Positions 31,368-40,648 of a stretch of 64,000 bases of DNA are shown here, in pieces; the stretch's first letter is position 1; every line of letters starts with the position of its first letter. Source of the stretch: an uncultured delta proteobacterium. GTDB taxonomy: Bacteria > Desulfobacterota > Binatia > UBA9968. The position numbers and the translations under genes were made by a program. The notes under the pieces were generated by a model. The model made no database searches, had not been told where the DNA came from, and saw only the letters and a list, made by a program, of their open reading frames with translations. The stretch covers positions 96,001 through 160,000 of the forward strand of contig CAVXEP010000032.1 of the NCBI GenBank assembly GCA_963760795.1, written 5' to 3'.

Positions 31368-31407
31368 AAAAGGGCAAGCGGCTAAATGCCGGCTTGCCCT
31401 TTTTTTT
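31368..31407 (+). terminator. Intrinsic terminator, possibly bidirectional
   Basis: AAAAGGGCAAGC / GCTTGCCCTTTT stem followed by a T tract. Confidence 0.85.
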
Positions 31408-31455
31408 GCTGCAATTCTATCACTGACGCTGATTTCCGGCGCAGGTGATTGCATT

Positions 31456-31725
31456 TTACGTAGTGAGTGGAAAACGTGAAGATTCAAAATGTGGGCAGTG
31501 GCTAGCCCGGAGTATTCGCGGCAAAACTACGATCGAGGTGCAACCCTTCCGGAACGAAGGCAAGGCAGTTGTGCCTTGAAGATGCCAGCGGGGCGAGTTG
31601 CTTAACAGATCAGCAGCGAAAAGGTCAAACATCGTGCCGAGCGCCGAACCCAAAACGAAACATTCGCGCCGCTGCCTTCGTTCTTCCAGGGTCAGACCGC
31701 GATCGACAGTATCAAAATTTCCCAT
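31456..31725 (-). CDS. Hypothetical protein (doubtful)
   Basis: 89-aa ORF 20 bp downstream of the DUF151-PDZ gene; no RBS or motif recognised. Confidence 0.25.
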   Translation of the reverse strand: MGNFDTVDRGLTLEERRQRRECFVLGSALGTMFDLFAADLLSNSPRWHLQGTTALPSFRKGCTSIVVLPRILRASHCPHFESSRFPLTT

Positions 31726-31745
31726 CGTAGCACGAATAATCCGGG

Positions 31746-32525
31746 CTAGGATGGCAACTCGATCACCACGGTGACCGGCTTGCCTTTTCTTATGACTTCG
31801 AGCTTGATCCGGGCGGGTGTCTGGAGCGATTGGATCATCGACTCAAGCTCGCCCGCTGAGCGCACCGGCTTGTCGTCGGCTTTGGTAATGATATCTCCGC
31901 GCTCGATACCCGCCTTAGCGGCAATGCTGCCGGGCGCCACTGTGGCGACCAGAACGCCATGCTGCTGCTGGCTTTCAAGCAGTTGAGCTAATTCAGCGGT
32001 TAAGTTTTGCGCGTCGATGCCCAGCTGCTTCTGGGCGCCGCGCTCATCCGGCAATGGTTTCGATTTGGCCAGCACTTGCTCGGCGGCGAAGATCGGCGCC
32101 TTCATGCGCAGCGCAATGGCGATGGCGTCGCTCGGCCGGCAGTCGATCTCTACTTCCTCGCCTTTGATATTCAGCGAGAGGAGCGCAAGATAAGTGTTGT
32201 TGCGCAGATCCGTGATCGCGACGCGCCTAACGCTAGCGCCGATTTTTTGCAGGATGTCGCGGATCAGGTCATGGGTCAACGGCCTCGGCGCTTTGATCTG
32301 CTCGAGCTCCATGGCGATGGCGCGCGCCTCGGGCCCGTCGATCCAGATCGGCAAACGCCTGCCGTCGGCTACCGTTTCCAGGACAAGGACGGGGGATTGC
32401 GAGTGGGGATCGACCAAAAGTGTCTTGACCTTGGTTTCCACCAGCGCGGTTCCCTGCGCGGCTTGCAGGGACGTCGCATAGGCGAAGATCGAAGCGCACA
32501 ACCAGTGCCATCGGATCGGCTTCAT
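31746..32525 (-). CDS. DUF151 (bifunctional nuclease) domain protein with signal peptide and C-terminal PDZ
   Basis: LPIWI...EA.AI, RPLTHDL and DCRPSDAIAIALR motifs; PDZ GVLVATVAPGSIAAKAGIERGDII; GGAGG RBS. Confidence 0.88.
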   Translation of the reverse strand: MKPIRWHWLCASIFAYATSLQAAQGTALVETKVKTLLVDPHSQSPVLVLETVADGRRLPIWIDGPEARAIAMELEQIKAPRPLTHDLIRDILQKIGASVRRVAITDLRNNTYLALLSLNIKGEEVEIDCRPSDAIAIALRMKAPIFAAEQVLAKSKPLPDERGAQKQLGIDAQNLTAELAQLLESQQQHGVLVATVAPGSIAAKAGIERGDIITKADDKPVRSAGELESMIQSLQTPARIKLEVIRKGKPVTVVIELPS

Positions 32526-32566
32526 ATTATCCTCCAGGCGCAAGGAGAAAGGCGCGCATGAAGTTG

Positions 32567-32643
32567 AGGTTATCTACCCGAGAAGGATTATGTCAATGCT
32601 GGTGGTGCTCGTCTTGACCGGAGGAATTACGCCAAGCTATGGT
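32567..32643. promoter_or_regulatory. Divergent sigma-70-like promoters for the DUF151 gene and mutL
   Basis: Minus strand TTGACA-N18-TAACCT (32596-32567); plus strand TTGACC-N18-TATGGT (32614-32643). Confidence 0.45.
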
Positions 32644-32666
32644 CGGGTGAAGAAACAGAAGCGACA

Positions 32667-34450
32667 ATGAAGATCCAAATTCTTTCGGACGAAATGGCCA
32701 GCCGGATCGCCGCCGGCGAAGTGGTCGAGCGACCGGCCTCGGTGGTCAAAGAGCTCATGGAGAATTCTCTTGACGCCGGCGCCACTGAGATCTTTGTCTG
32801 GCTCGAAAAGAGCGGCACCGCTGTCATTCGCATCACCGACAACGGCGAAGGAATGACGCCGGAGGACTTGGCCCTTGCGGTGGAACGTCACGCCACGAGT
32901 AAGCTGAGAGAAGCCGACGATCTGTTCCGCATCGCGACATTGGGATTTCGCGGTGAGGCGTTGCCGAGCATCGGCTCCATCGCCAAGATGGACATCTCGT
33001 CTCGTCCGGCGTCTAGCGCCAGTGGCGCCAAGTTGACTGTCGACGGCGGCAATAGGGGCGAGGTACACGCCGCTGCCGCTGCCGTGGGCACGACCATCGA
33101 GATTCGCGATATATTTTACAACACCCCGGCGCGGCGTAAGTTTCTCAAAGCGCCGGCGACAGAGCTAAGCCATGTCTGCGATGTAGTCAACCGTTTGGCC
33201 CTGGCTAACCCACAGGTTCATTTTCGCCTGCAGCATGACGGCCGCACGGTGGCGGATTACATTTCAGTGCAGCAGGAACGGGATCGTTTGCAGCAAGTGC
33301 TGGGTGTCGATGTGGCCAAGGGCTTGAAGCCCTTCACTTTCACCCAGGGGGAGGTGACCGTCAGCGGTTTCCTGAGTACGGCGCCGACCTCATTTCCCAA
33401 CGCGCGTTATCTGTTTACCTTCGTCAACCGCCGCTATGTGCGTGACAAAGTGATCACCCATGCGGTGCTGCATGGCTACGATACCCTGCTGATGAAAGGC
33501 CAATATCCGGCGGTGGTGTTGTTCTTGGAAGTGCCTTTCGCCGAGGTCGATGTCAATGTCCATCCGGCCAAGTACGAAGTGCGCTTCCGCCGCCAAAGCG
33601 ATGTCCATGAAACGGTGTCACGGTCGGTGCGGTCGGCTTTGCAGCGCGATGCCAAAGCGCCGGGCGGTGTTGTACCGATGTCGGGCTACGCAGCTTCGCC
33701 GCGGCCAATGGCGGCCGGCGTATTCCTTTGCTCCCGCCGCCGATCCGACGGTACGCGAGTCGTTTTTGGGCCATTCAACTCACGGGTACCCAAATGTCGA
33801 ATCGATGCCATCGCGCGACGTGACGTTTACCGTGCCGCAGAACGAGCGGCCGGGGAGGGTCGGTTTCTTCTCATCGCTCACTATCCACGATCAGATCCTT
33901 GGCTGCTATCTGGTCTGCTCAGCCACCGACCGGTTGATCCTGATCGATCAACACGCCGCCCATGAACGAATCGCCTTCGAACGGCTGCGCCATCAGTTGC
34001 GGGCCAACGCCGTTGAGCGGCAGGATCTACTGATTCCCCAGAGCGTCGACCTTAGCGCCGGTGAGATCATGATGCTCGAACAGAAATTGGCCGTTATGGA
34101 ACGTCACGGTTTTAGTTTGGAGCCGTTTGGGCCGAGTTCCTTCGCAATCACATCTGTTCCCGCACTGTTGCCCGAGGGGGACTACACCCAGTTGGTACGC
34201 CAGATGGTCGCCGAGTTGGCTGAGGTCGATACCTCCTCAAGACTGCGCCAGCATCTTGAAGACCGTTTGGCGACCATGGCTTGCCACAGCGTGATTCGCG
34301 CCAATCGCAAGCTCGGAGATGGAGGAGATGCGAGCGCTCCTGCGCGATCTCGACCAGGTCGAGTTTGCCACTCAGTGCCCGCATGGGCGGCCGGTGTTGG
34401 TCGAGCTGAGCCGCGACCAGTTGGAGCGTATGTTCAAACGCATAGCGTAA
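32667..34450 (+). CDS. mutL: DNA mismatch repair endonuclease MutL (apparent +1 frameshifts near 33700 and 34314)
   Basis: [24 protein letters not shown] and DVNVHP in frame 1; DQHAAHERI and ACH in the next frame; CPHGRP...FKR in the third. Confidence 0.92.
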
Positions 34451-34456
34451 AAATCT

Positions 34457-34548
34457 CGTTCAAGGTTCAAGGGTTCAAAAGTGTCTGAACGTCAGATTCG
34501 GAGTTCAAGACCAAAACTTTGAACTATTGAACGGTTGAACCTTGAACG
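34457..34548. repeat. Palindromic intergenic element built of GTTCAA/TTGAAC units
   Basis: Perfect 14-bp terminal IR CGTTCAAGGTTCAA; four GTTCAA copies followed by four TTGAAC copies. Confidence 0.8.
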
Positions 34549-34566
34549 GATGTTATCTTTTATTCG

Positions 34567-35482
34567 ATGAAGCCGAAAATCGTTATCATCCTTGGGCCCA
34601 CGGCGGTGGGCAAGAGCGCGTTGGCCTTGGAACTCGCCGGGCAATTGAATGGCGAGATCGTCAACGCCGACTCCCAGCAAGTTTACCGTTATCTCGATAT
34701 CGGCACGGGCAAGCCGACCATGGCGGAGCGCGAGCGCGTGCGCCATCATTTGATCGACGTGGTGAATCCCGACCAGGAGTTCAATGCCGCGATGTTTCGC
34801 CATCTGGCGAGCGAAGTGATCTACCAGATCGACGAGCGCAAGCGAACGCGCGATTGTCTGCGGCGGTACGGGACTTTATCTCAAGGCGTTGACGCGAGGA
34901 TTGTTCGAGGGCGCAGGCGCAGGATGGGCAATTTCGCCGCGACCTGGAAACGGAAATCGCAAAGAGCGGCTTAGATTCGGTCTACCGGCGGCTGGTTGAG
35001 ATCGACCCGACGGTAACATCGACGATTCATCCCAACGATCGCTCGCGCACCGTTCGGGCTCTGGAGGTTTATCAACTGACCGGCAAGCCGATTAGCCAAT
35101 GGCAAAATGAGCATCGTTTCCAAGAAGACTCCTTCGAGGTGCTGAAGGTGGGTTGAATCTTGATCGCGTCGAGCTCTACGAGCGCATCAACCGGCGCAGT
35201 GCGGCGATGATTCAAGCGGGTTTTCTCGATGAAGTGCGCGGCCTGGTGGCGCGCGGTTATTCTCTCGATCTAAAACCGCTCGGCAGTGTCGGCTATGCGC
35301 AGATGGGTAGGGTGATTCGCGGCGCTTTAACGATAGACGCGGCGCTGGAAGAAATGCAACAGGAAACTCGCCACTTGGCCAAGCGCCAATTGACTTGGTT
35401 CCGCGGCGACAAAGAAGTGCGTTGGTTTCATCCGATTAAGCAAAGACGCGAGATTGATGAGGCTCTTAAGAAGTTTATGTAG
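34567..35482 (+). CDS. miaA: tRNA dimethylallyltransferase (three apparent frameshifts near 34848, 34918, 35151)
   Basis: GPTAVGKS and DSQQVY; CGGTGLYL; IHPNDRSR..RALEV; and AKRQLTWFR occur in successive frames. Confidence 0.92.
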
Positions 35483-35535
35483 TGGTGCCTTAGCGTCGGG
35501 ACTTCGGGAAACCACTGATATGCGTTAGGAGGATT

Positions 35536-36882
35536 TTGATGTTCGATAGGCGCTCGTTGCTTTTGCTCTTAGCATCACTCGTCACGTTTATGGCTTTCGC
35601 GTGCGCGGTCACGGAGGGGGATCCGTTATTACCCGAAGGCGAACTATTGAAGAAGGCGAAAACGATTCACGAACGGGTGATCGTGCTTGATACGCACAGT
35701 GATCTTTCACCGCGAAATTTTACTTCGGAACGGAACTATACGCAGCGGCTCGACACCCAAGTGAATCTGCCGAAAATGTTTGAAGGCGGTCTCGATGCAG
35801 TATTCTTCAGTGTTTTCGTCAGTCAGACAAGGGAGTCGCAAAGTCCGGATGCGTTTACACAGGTGGGGTATGATCGCGCTTACAAAGCTGCCGTCGAGAA
35901 GTTCGACGCGATCCATTGGCTCACTGGTCAGCTTGCGGCTGACAAAATTGAGCTAGCGCTTACTTCAGCCGATGTTCGCCGGATCAAAGCTATGGGAAAA
36001 AAAATTGCGCTCATCGGCGTCGAGAACGGCTATCCGATGGGTGAGGACATTGGCCGGGTCAAGGAATTTTACCAGCGTGGTGCGCGTTATATGTCTTTGG
36101 CGCACAACGCGCACAACCAACTCTCCGATTCGCATGCCGGCGAGCGTGATGGGTGGAAATGGAACGGTCTTTCACCGCTTGGGAGACAGGTGATCGGCGA
36201 GATGAATAGGGTGGGTCTTATGGTCGACGTATCGCATCCGTCGAAGGCCTCCATGATGCAATCGGTTGCATTGTCCAAGGCTCCTATCATAGCGTCGCAC
36301 TCCGCAGTACGGGCACTTTGCGATGTAAGCCGCAACATGGACGATGAACAGCTGGTGGCGCTCAAGAAGAGCGGAGGTGTTGTCCAAATCGTCGCGTATA
36401 GCAGCTTTATCAAGACGCTGAGACCTGACTCGAACGAGCGCAAAGCGACGCTTGCTGCGCTTCGGAAAGAATTCAATATCGAAGAATCCACGCCAACCGG
36501 ACTAAACCCGGGTACTGGAGTTGGAACACAGAGCGCTTTGGCTCGTCTCGCGCCGGAACGGCGTGCCGACTACCAACGAAGAATTGTTGAGATCGACAAA
36601 CAGTATCCCGGCGACCCGCCGGCGACGGTAAAGGATTTCGTCGATCATATCGACTATGCGGTAAAACTAATTGGACTCGACCATGTCGGCATCGCCTCTG
36701 ATTTTGAAGGCGGTGGTGGGGTGAACGGTTGGAGCGACTCCAGTGAGACCTTGAACGTGACTCTAGAACTGGTTCGGCGCGGCTACACTGAGGAGCAGAT
36801 TGGCAAACTTTGGGGTGGCAATTTGTTGCGGGTGATGGACGAGGTGCAACGCATCGCGCGGGGTCTTCAATCCGATAAATGA
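35536..36882 (+). CDS. Membrane dipeptidase (peptidase M19), exported
   Basis: Hydrophobic N-terminus; LDTHSD, GVENG, VDVSH, IASHS, DHIDY and ASDFEGG motifs; AGGAGG RBS. Confidence 0.92.
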   Translation: MMFDRRSLLLLLASLVTFMAFACAVTEGDPLLPEGELLKKAKTIHERVIVLDTHSDLSPRNFTSERNYTQRLDTQVNLPKMFEGGLDAVFFSVFVSQTRESQSPDAFTQVGYDRAYKAAVEKFDAIHWLTGQLAADKIELALTSADVRRIKAMGKKIALIGVENGYPMGEDIGRVKEFYQRGARYMSLAHNAHNQLSDSHAGERDGWKWNGLSPLGRQVIGEMNRVGLMVDVSHPSKASMMQSVALSKAPIIASHSAVRALCDVSRNMDDEQLVALKKSGGVVQIVAYSSFIKTLRPDSNERKATLAALRKEFNIEESTPTGLNPGTGVGTQSALARLAPERRADYQRRIVEIDKQYPGDPPATVKDFVDHIDYAVKLIGLDHVGIASDFEGGGGVNGWSDSSETLNVTLELVRRGYTEEQIGKLWGGNLLRVMDEVQRIARGLQSDK

Positions 36883-36999
36883 TTGGGGCCATCAGATAAC
36901 TAAAGTGTAGTTAACAATATGGCAAACGGCTCTCGATCAAGTTGTAAAGGCGGTCGAAAGTCACGTCATTGACGCGGGGTTAATGGGGGTAATCTTGAC

Positions 37000-37185
37000 A
37001 GCGGCTTTACCGATTGCCACTTTTTTCGCGCCAAAGGAATTCCCTGTCTAGGTTTCCTGCCCCAGCGCAGCACGCCGAGCAGCGAAGGCTTGGTGCACGG
37101 CGTCGATGAACGCATGCCGGTGGAACGGCTGACTGCGGCGATCCAAGCGATGTATGAGATCGTCAGCAAGTTAGTTGTGGAGTGA
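37000..37185 (+). pseudogene. C-terminal remnant of an M20-family peptidase
   Basis: Reads SGFTDCHFFRAKGIPCLGFLP...VHGVDERMPVE...*; in-frame stop at 36970 and no start codon before the motif. Confidence 0.7.
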
Positions 37186-37313
37186 GAAAAGGAGCGCAGA
37201 CATTCCTGTCGGCGGTTGTCGAAGCAGGGGTAACAAGCGTAGGCCGGGAATGGCGAAAGTAAAGACTTGACCCTCTAGACTTGCTGATCTCCGCGCTAAT
37301 GCGCCGGACCTCA

Positions 37314-39182
37314 CTAAGGTGTTCCTGTTCCGCTCAATGACACATTAGCCGGGTTCTCGTCTGGATCATTCGATGGAATGATAAGAGTAGCCGTCTTTGC
37401 GCCAATAGTTGTGGGCCTGAAGTGCGCCGTGATCGTGCATGAGGCACCTGGTGCCAGCGTTTTCTTTGAGCATTTATCAGGGGCCGTGGAAAATTGATTC
37501 GCGTTAGCGCCACCAAGGCTGATACTCCCTATGCTGAGGTTTAACGTCCCATCATTTTTCACTGTCACGATCTTTTCCGCTGACCTCTTTTTAAGCAGTA
37601 CGGCGCCAAAACCGAGAGACGTAGGGGTAACGGTAATGTCTGGAGCGGCCGGGACGGTGGTGTTAACCATGAAACTCCGGGTTGCAGGTTCTGGGTCTTC
37701 GTTCCCCGTTTGGTCCTTGGCCTTCACATAGAACGTGTAGCTCCCGTTGGGTAAGTTCGTGTAAGACTTCGTCGTTGCGCTGCCGAAAGTTGAAAAACTC
37801 GCCTCGATAGGACCAAGGCGATAAGCATAAACTAAGTTTGGCGTTGAGGTGAGGTTGTCCGTTCCGGTCCAAGTGAATGTGGCACTATCCACTGTGATCG
37901 TGCCGGTCGGTCCGCTCGTAATGCTGGTATCAGGCGCTACGGTGTCGGGGAAGACCACCCGATAGATCGTGCCGGAGCCCGACGGTGTCGTACTGTAGAG
38001 ATTGCCATCGCTCGCTTGGATCAAACCAGCCTCCGGGTGACAGCCGCCGCTGCTGCAGGAGATCGGAAATGAATGGATGATGTTAAAAACGCTGCCGTTG
38101 GGCGAAATCTTAAATACCGTGCCTGTATCATTAGTCCCACCAAATCGCGTCGTGCCGTACAAAAACCCGTCGTTTAACTCGATCAACCCGGCTAGAGGAT
38201 AAGTACCATCAGTGGCGCTGACTGGAAACCGGTGAATAATGCTAAACCCCGTGCCGTCGGGCCGAATCTTAAATACTGTGCCTCCAAATTCAGACGCCCC
38301 GCTGTCTCGCGCCGTGCCGTACAAAAACCCATCGATGCCCTGGATCAACCCGGCTAGAGGAATACGCCCGTCATCGGCGCTGAGTCGAAACGTGTGAATA
38401 ATATTAAACCCCGTGCCGTCGGGCGACATTTTAAATACCGTGCCACTAATATCCCCAGCACTGCCTGCCGTCGTGCCGTACAAAGACCCGTCGCTTAACT
38501 GGATCAACCCGGCGACGGGGCTATAGGAACAATCAAACTCAGAGAGGCACTGAAACCTGTGAATAACGCTAAACCCCGTGCCATTGGGCAAAATCTTAAA
38601 TACGACGCCTGCACCGCCTCCAACCGCGCCGCCAAGTGGTGTCGTGCCGTACAAAAACCCATCGATGCCCTGGCCCTGGATCAACCCGGCCATAGGATTA
38701 CTACCGTTATCGTCGACCCCGTTGGCTTGAAACGAGTGAATAACGCTAAACCCCGTGCCGTCGGGCAAAATCGTAAATACCGTACCTCCATTACCCTCCC
38801 CACCAAATGACGTCGTGCCGTACAAAGATCCGTCGCTTAACTGGATCAACCCGGTAGAATTTGAAGAATTGGACCCATTACAACCGTCAGTGGCGCATTG
38901 AAACGAGTGAATAACGCTAAACCCCGTGCCATCGGGCAAAATCTTAAATACCGTGCCTCCATTAAACGTCCCACCGCCTCGCGTCGTGCCGTACAAAAAC
39001 CCATCGATGCCCTGGCCCTGGATCAGGCCAGCATCTGGAGGCCCACTGGCAAGGTCGAAGGGACGCACGATATCAACGCTCTGGGCAAGGCCAAGCGCGG
39101 CCGTGCTTATCAAGCCGAAGATACTCAACGCCAAAACAACCGCTGCCGTCATTAAATGCGATAGCCAATCGATTCGTTTCAC
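37314..39182 (-). CDS. Secreted repeat (GloVer-like beta-propeller) protein with Ig-like and choice-of-anchor-D-like C-terminal domains
   Basis: Signal peptide; seven GLIQ..DG.LYGTT repeats; DTVAPDTSITSGP...YTFYVKAKD; TLAPGASCTI...F.P...SNDPDE; AGGAGG RBS. Confidence 0.88.
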   Translation of the reverse strand: MKRIDWLSHLMTAAVVLALSIFGLISTAALGLAQSVDIVRPFDLASGPPDAGLIQGQGIDGFLYGTTRGGGTFNGGTVFKILPDGTGFSVIHSFQCATDGCNGSNSSNSTGLIQLSDGSLYGTTSFGGEGNGGTVFTILPDGTGFSVIHSFQANGVDDNGSNPMAGLIQGQGIDGFLYGTTPLGGAVGGGAGVVFKILPNGTGFSVIHRFQCLSEFDCSYSPVAGLIQLSDGSLYGTTAGSAGDISGTVFKMSPDGTGFNIIHTFRLSADDGRIPLAGLIQGIDGFLYGTARDSGASEFGGTVFKIRPDGTGFSIIHRFPVSATDGTYPLAGLIELNDGFLYGTTRFGGTNDTGTVFKISPNGSVFNIIHSFPISCSSGGCHPEAGLIQASDGNLYSTTPSGSGTIYRVVFPDTVAPDTSITSGPTGTITVDSATFTWTGTDNLTSTPNLVYAYRLGPIEASFSTFGSATTKSYTNLPNGSYTFYVKAKDQTGNEDPEPATRSFMVNTTVPAAPDITVTPTSLGFGAVLLKKRSAEKIVTVKNDGTLNLSIGSISLGGANANQFSTAPDKCSKKTLAPGASCTITAHFRPTTIGAKTATLIIPSNDPDENPANVSLSGTGTP

Positions 39183-39740
39183 AATTACCTCCTAGAACTC
39201 TTGATCGCAATTATTCCTTGAAGTTTTATCATTGCTGCAAGACTGAAAAACGGGTCCACTAGTTGGGAATTGCGTCTCGTGTGCTGAGTTAGAATTCGGG
39301 CCGCCGTTTTCCATCGGCCCGTCATCTCTTCTACGACTTTGGCTCGTGCGGGTACGTCGCGACCGGGCACGCACAAGGATCCTCTTTCGTCGCGGCAAAC
39401 AAGAGATAACAAAGAGCCGTCAAGCGTTGTCCGTTACCGTCAGGACAAAGTTTCACTCAGCCTTCCCTCTCAAAACTTGTGCAGCCAGTATCCTCGCTCT
39501 GGCAGGCTGAGAAGGAGAAAGCTTAATATAGTCACGTCACCTGGGAGGCCACCTTCTCTTTCCTTCCCCCTTCAGCTTAAGAAGTTGCCGACAATTTTAA
39601 CTAAGTTATCGCTGGGTACGCGCGACCCTTATCTAATTTCTGCTCGATATACTTTTCAAACGGACATAAACCATGATCCGTTACTTAGCGTCAATACGCG
39701 ATTTGGCGTATGGCGCTTGATCCCCTGATCAGCGCTAGCG

Positions 39741-39890
39741 GAGGAGGGATTAACGAAGAAGGAACTTCGGGCGCTCCTCGACTTTAGCAAAAAATGTTAT
39801 CGCATCTGTGATCTTGAAACTGTTGCGTAGCGTTTCGCTCGGAGGCTCTCGAAACAGGTTGCTACAGAGTTCATCTCGCATAACGTGGTG
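39741..39890 (+). pseudogene. Decayed copy of the 5' part of the LuxR gene at 40235
   Basis: GLTKKELRALLD..K.CY.ICD..T..*..RLSKQV.TEF.S.N aligns with 40235-40380; ATG lost and TAG at 39828. Confidence 0.8.
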
Positions 39891-40234
39891 ATTCGTGCAC
39901 GCGGCGTAACTTTGGTACGAGTTGACGCCCACAGCTCCCGCAAAAAATTATCGAGCGGCGAGGACATTTAACTGCGCCTGCTCTGTCTTTATGTCGGCGC
40001 AGATGGCGGCTTTATACGTCATTGTAGGCTGTAAAAAGTGTTTCCTTCACACTTCAAGGTTGCGGAGAACTTTGACCACTCATTGCTTGCCGCGCCAGGC
40101 ACCTGTCTGATTTCTGCTTGACAAGCTTACACAACAGGCATAGTGACGAATGCATAAATTGGCATCATTTAGCTTGAATTGGCATCACCACCGCGTTCGG
40201 CGGAAGTGAATTGATCCTGACTAGGAGCTGGAGC

Positions 40235-40648
40235 ATGGAGCGATTAACGAAGACGGAACTTCGGGCGCTCCTCGAATGCATCAAAGAATGTTATCCCATC
40301 TGTGATCGTCAAACCTTCACGCAACGCGTCCTTTCGAGGCTCTCGAAAAAAGTTCCGACAGAATTCACCTCGTATAACGGGGCCAACCTGCGCAGCGAAG
40401 AACACCCGACAACGAAGCGGCCGCAGGTACTTGCCTCGCGCGGCCTCAGCCCGCGCGAGGCTCAGGTTTTAGGTTGGGTGTCACAGGGGAAAACCAACAA
40501 AGAAATTGGTGTGATTCTAGAACTCAGTGCGCGCACTGTGCAGAAACACTTGGAGCATATTTATCAGAAGATGGGCGTTGAGAATCGGACCGGCGCAGCA
40601 GCCAAAGCTTACGCGATCGCGTCCACCGCCAGCAAGCCTCCGTATTGA
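40235..40648 (+). CDS. LuxR-type HTH transcriptional regulator
   Basis: GLSPREAQVLGWVSQGKTNKEIG..L..S.RTVQKHLEHIYQKMGVENR. Confidence 0.88.
   Translation: MERLTKTELRALLECIKECYPICDRQTFTQRVLSRLSKKVPTEFTSYNGANLRSEEHPTTKRPQVLASRGLSPREAQVLGWVSQGKTNKEIGVILELSARTVQKHLEHIYQKMGVENRTGAAAKAYAIASTASKPPY

Noticed and set aside
31460-31610. Possible riboswitch (GGCAAAAC...) downstream of the UbiD gene
   Set aside because: It lacks the c-di-GMP-I GAAA tetraloop/receptor pattern and no plus-strand gene follows
37960-39060. Diversity-generating retroelement or CRISPR-like reading of the propeller repeats
   Set aside because: The repeats are in-frame coding units, there is no reverse transcriptase, and the differences are not adenine-specific
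40160-40175. Sigma-54-like TGGCATCATTTAGC upstream of LuxR
   Set aside because: GG-to-GC spacing is 9 rather than the required 10
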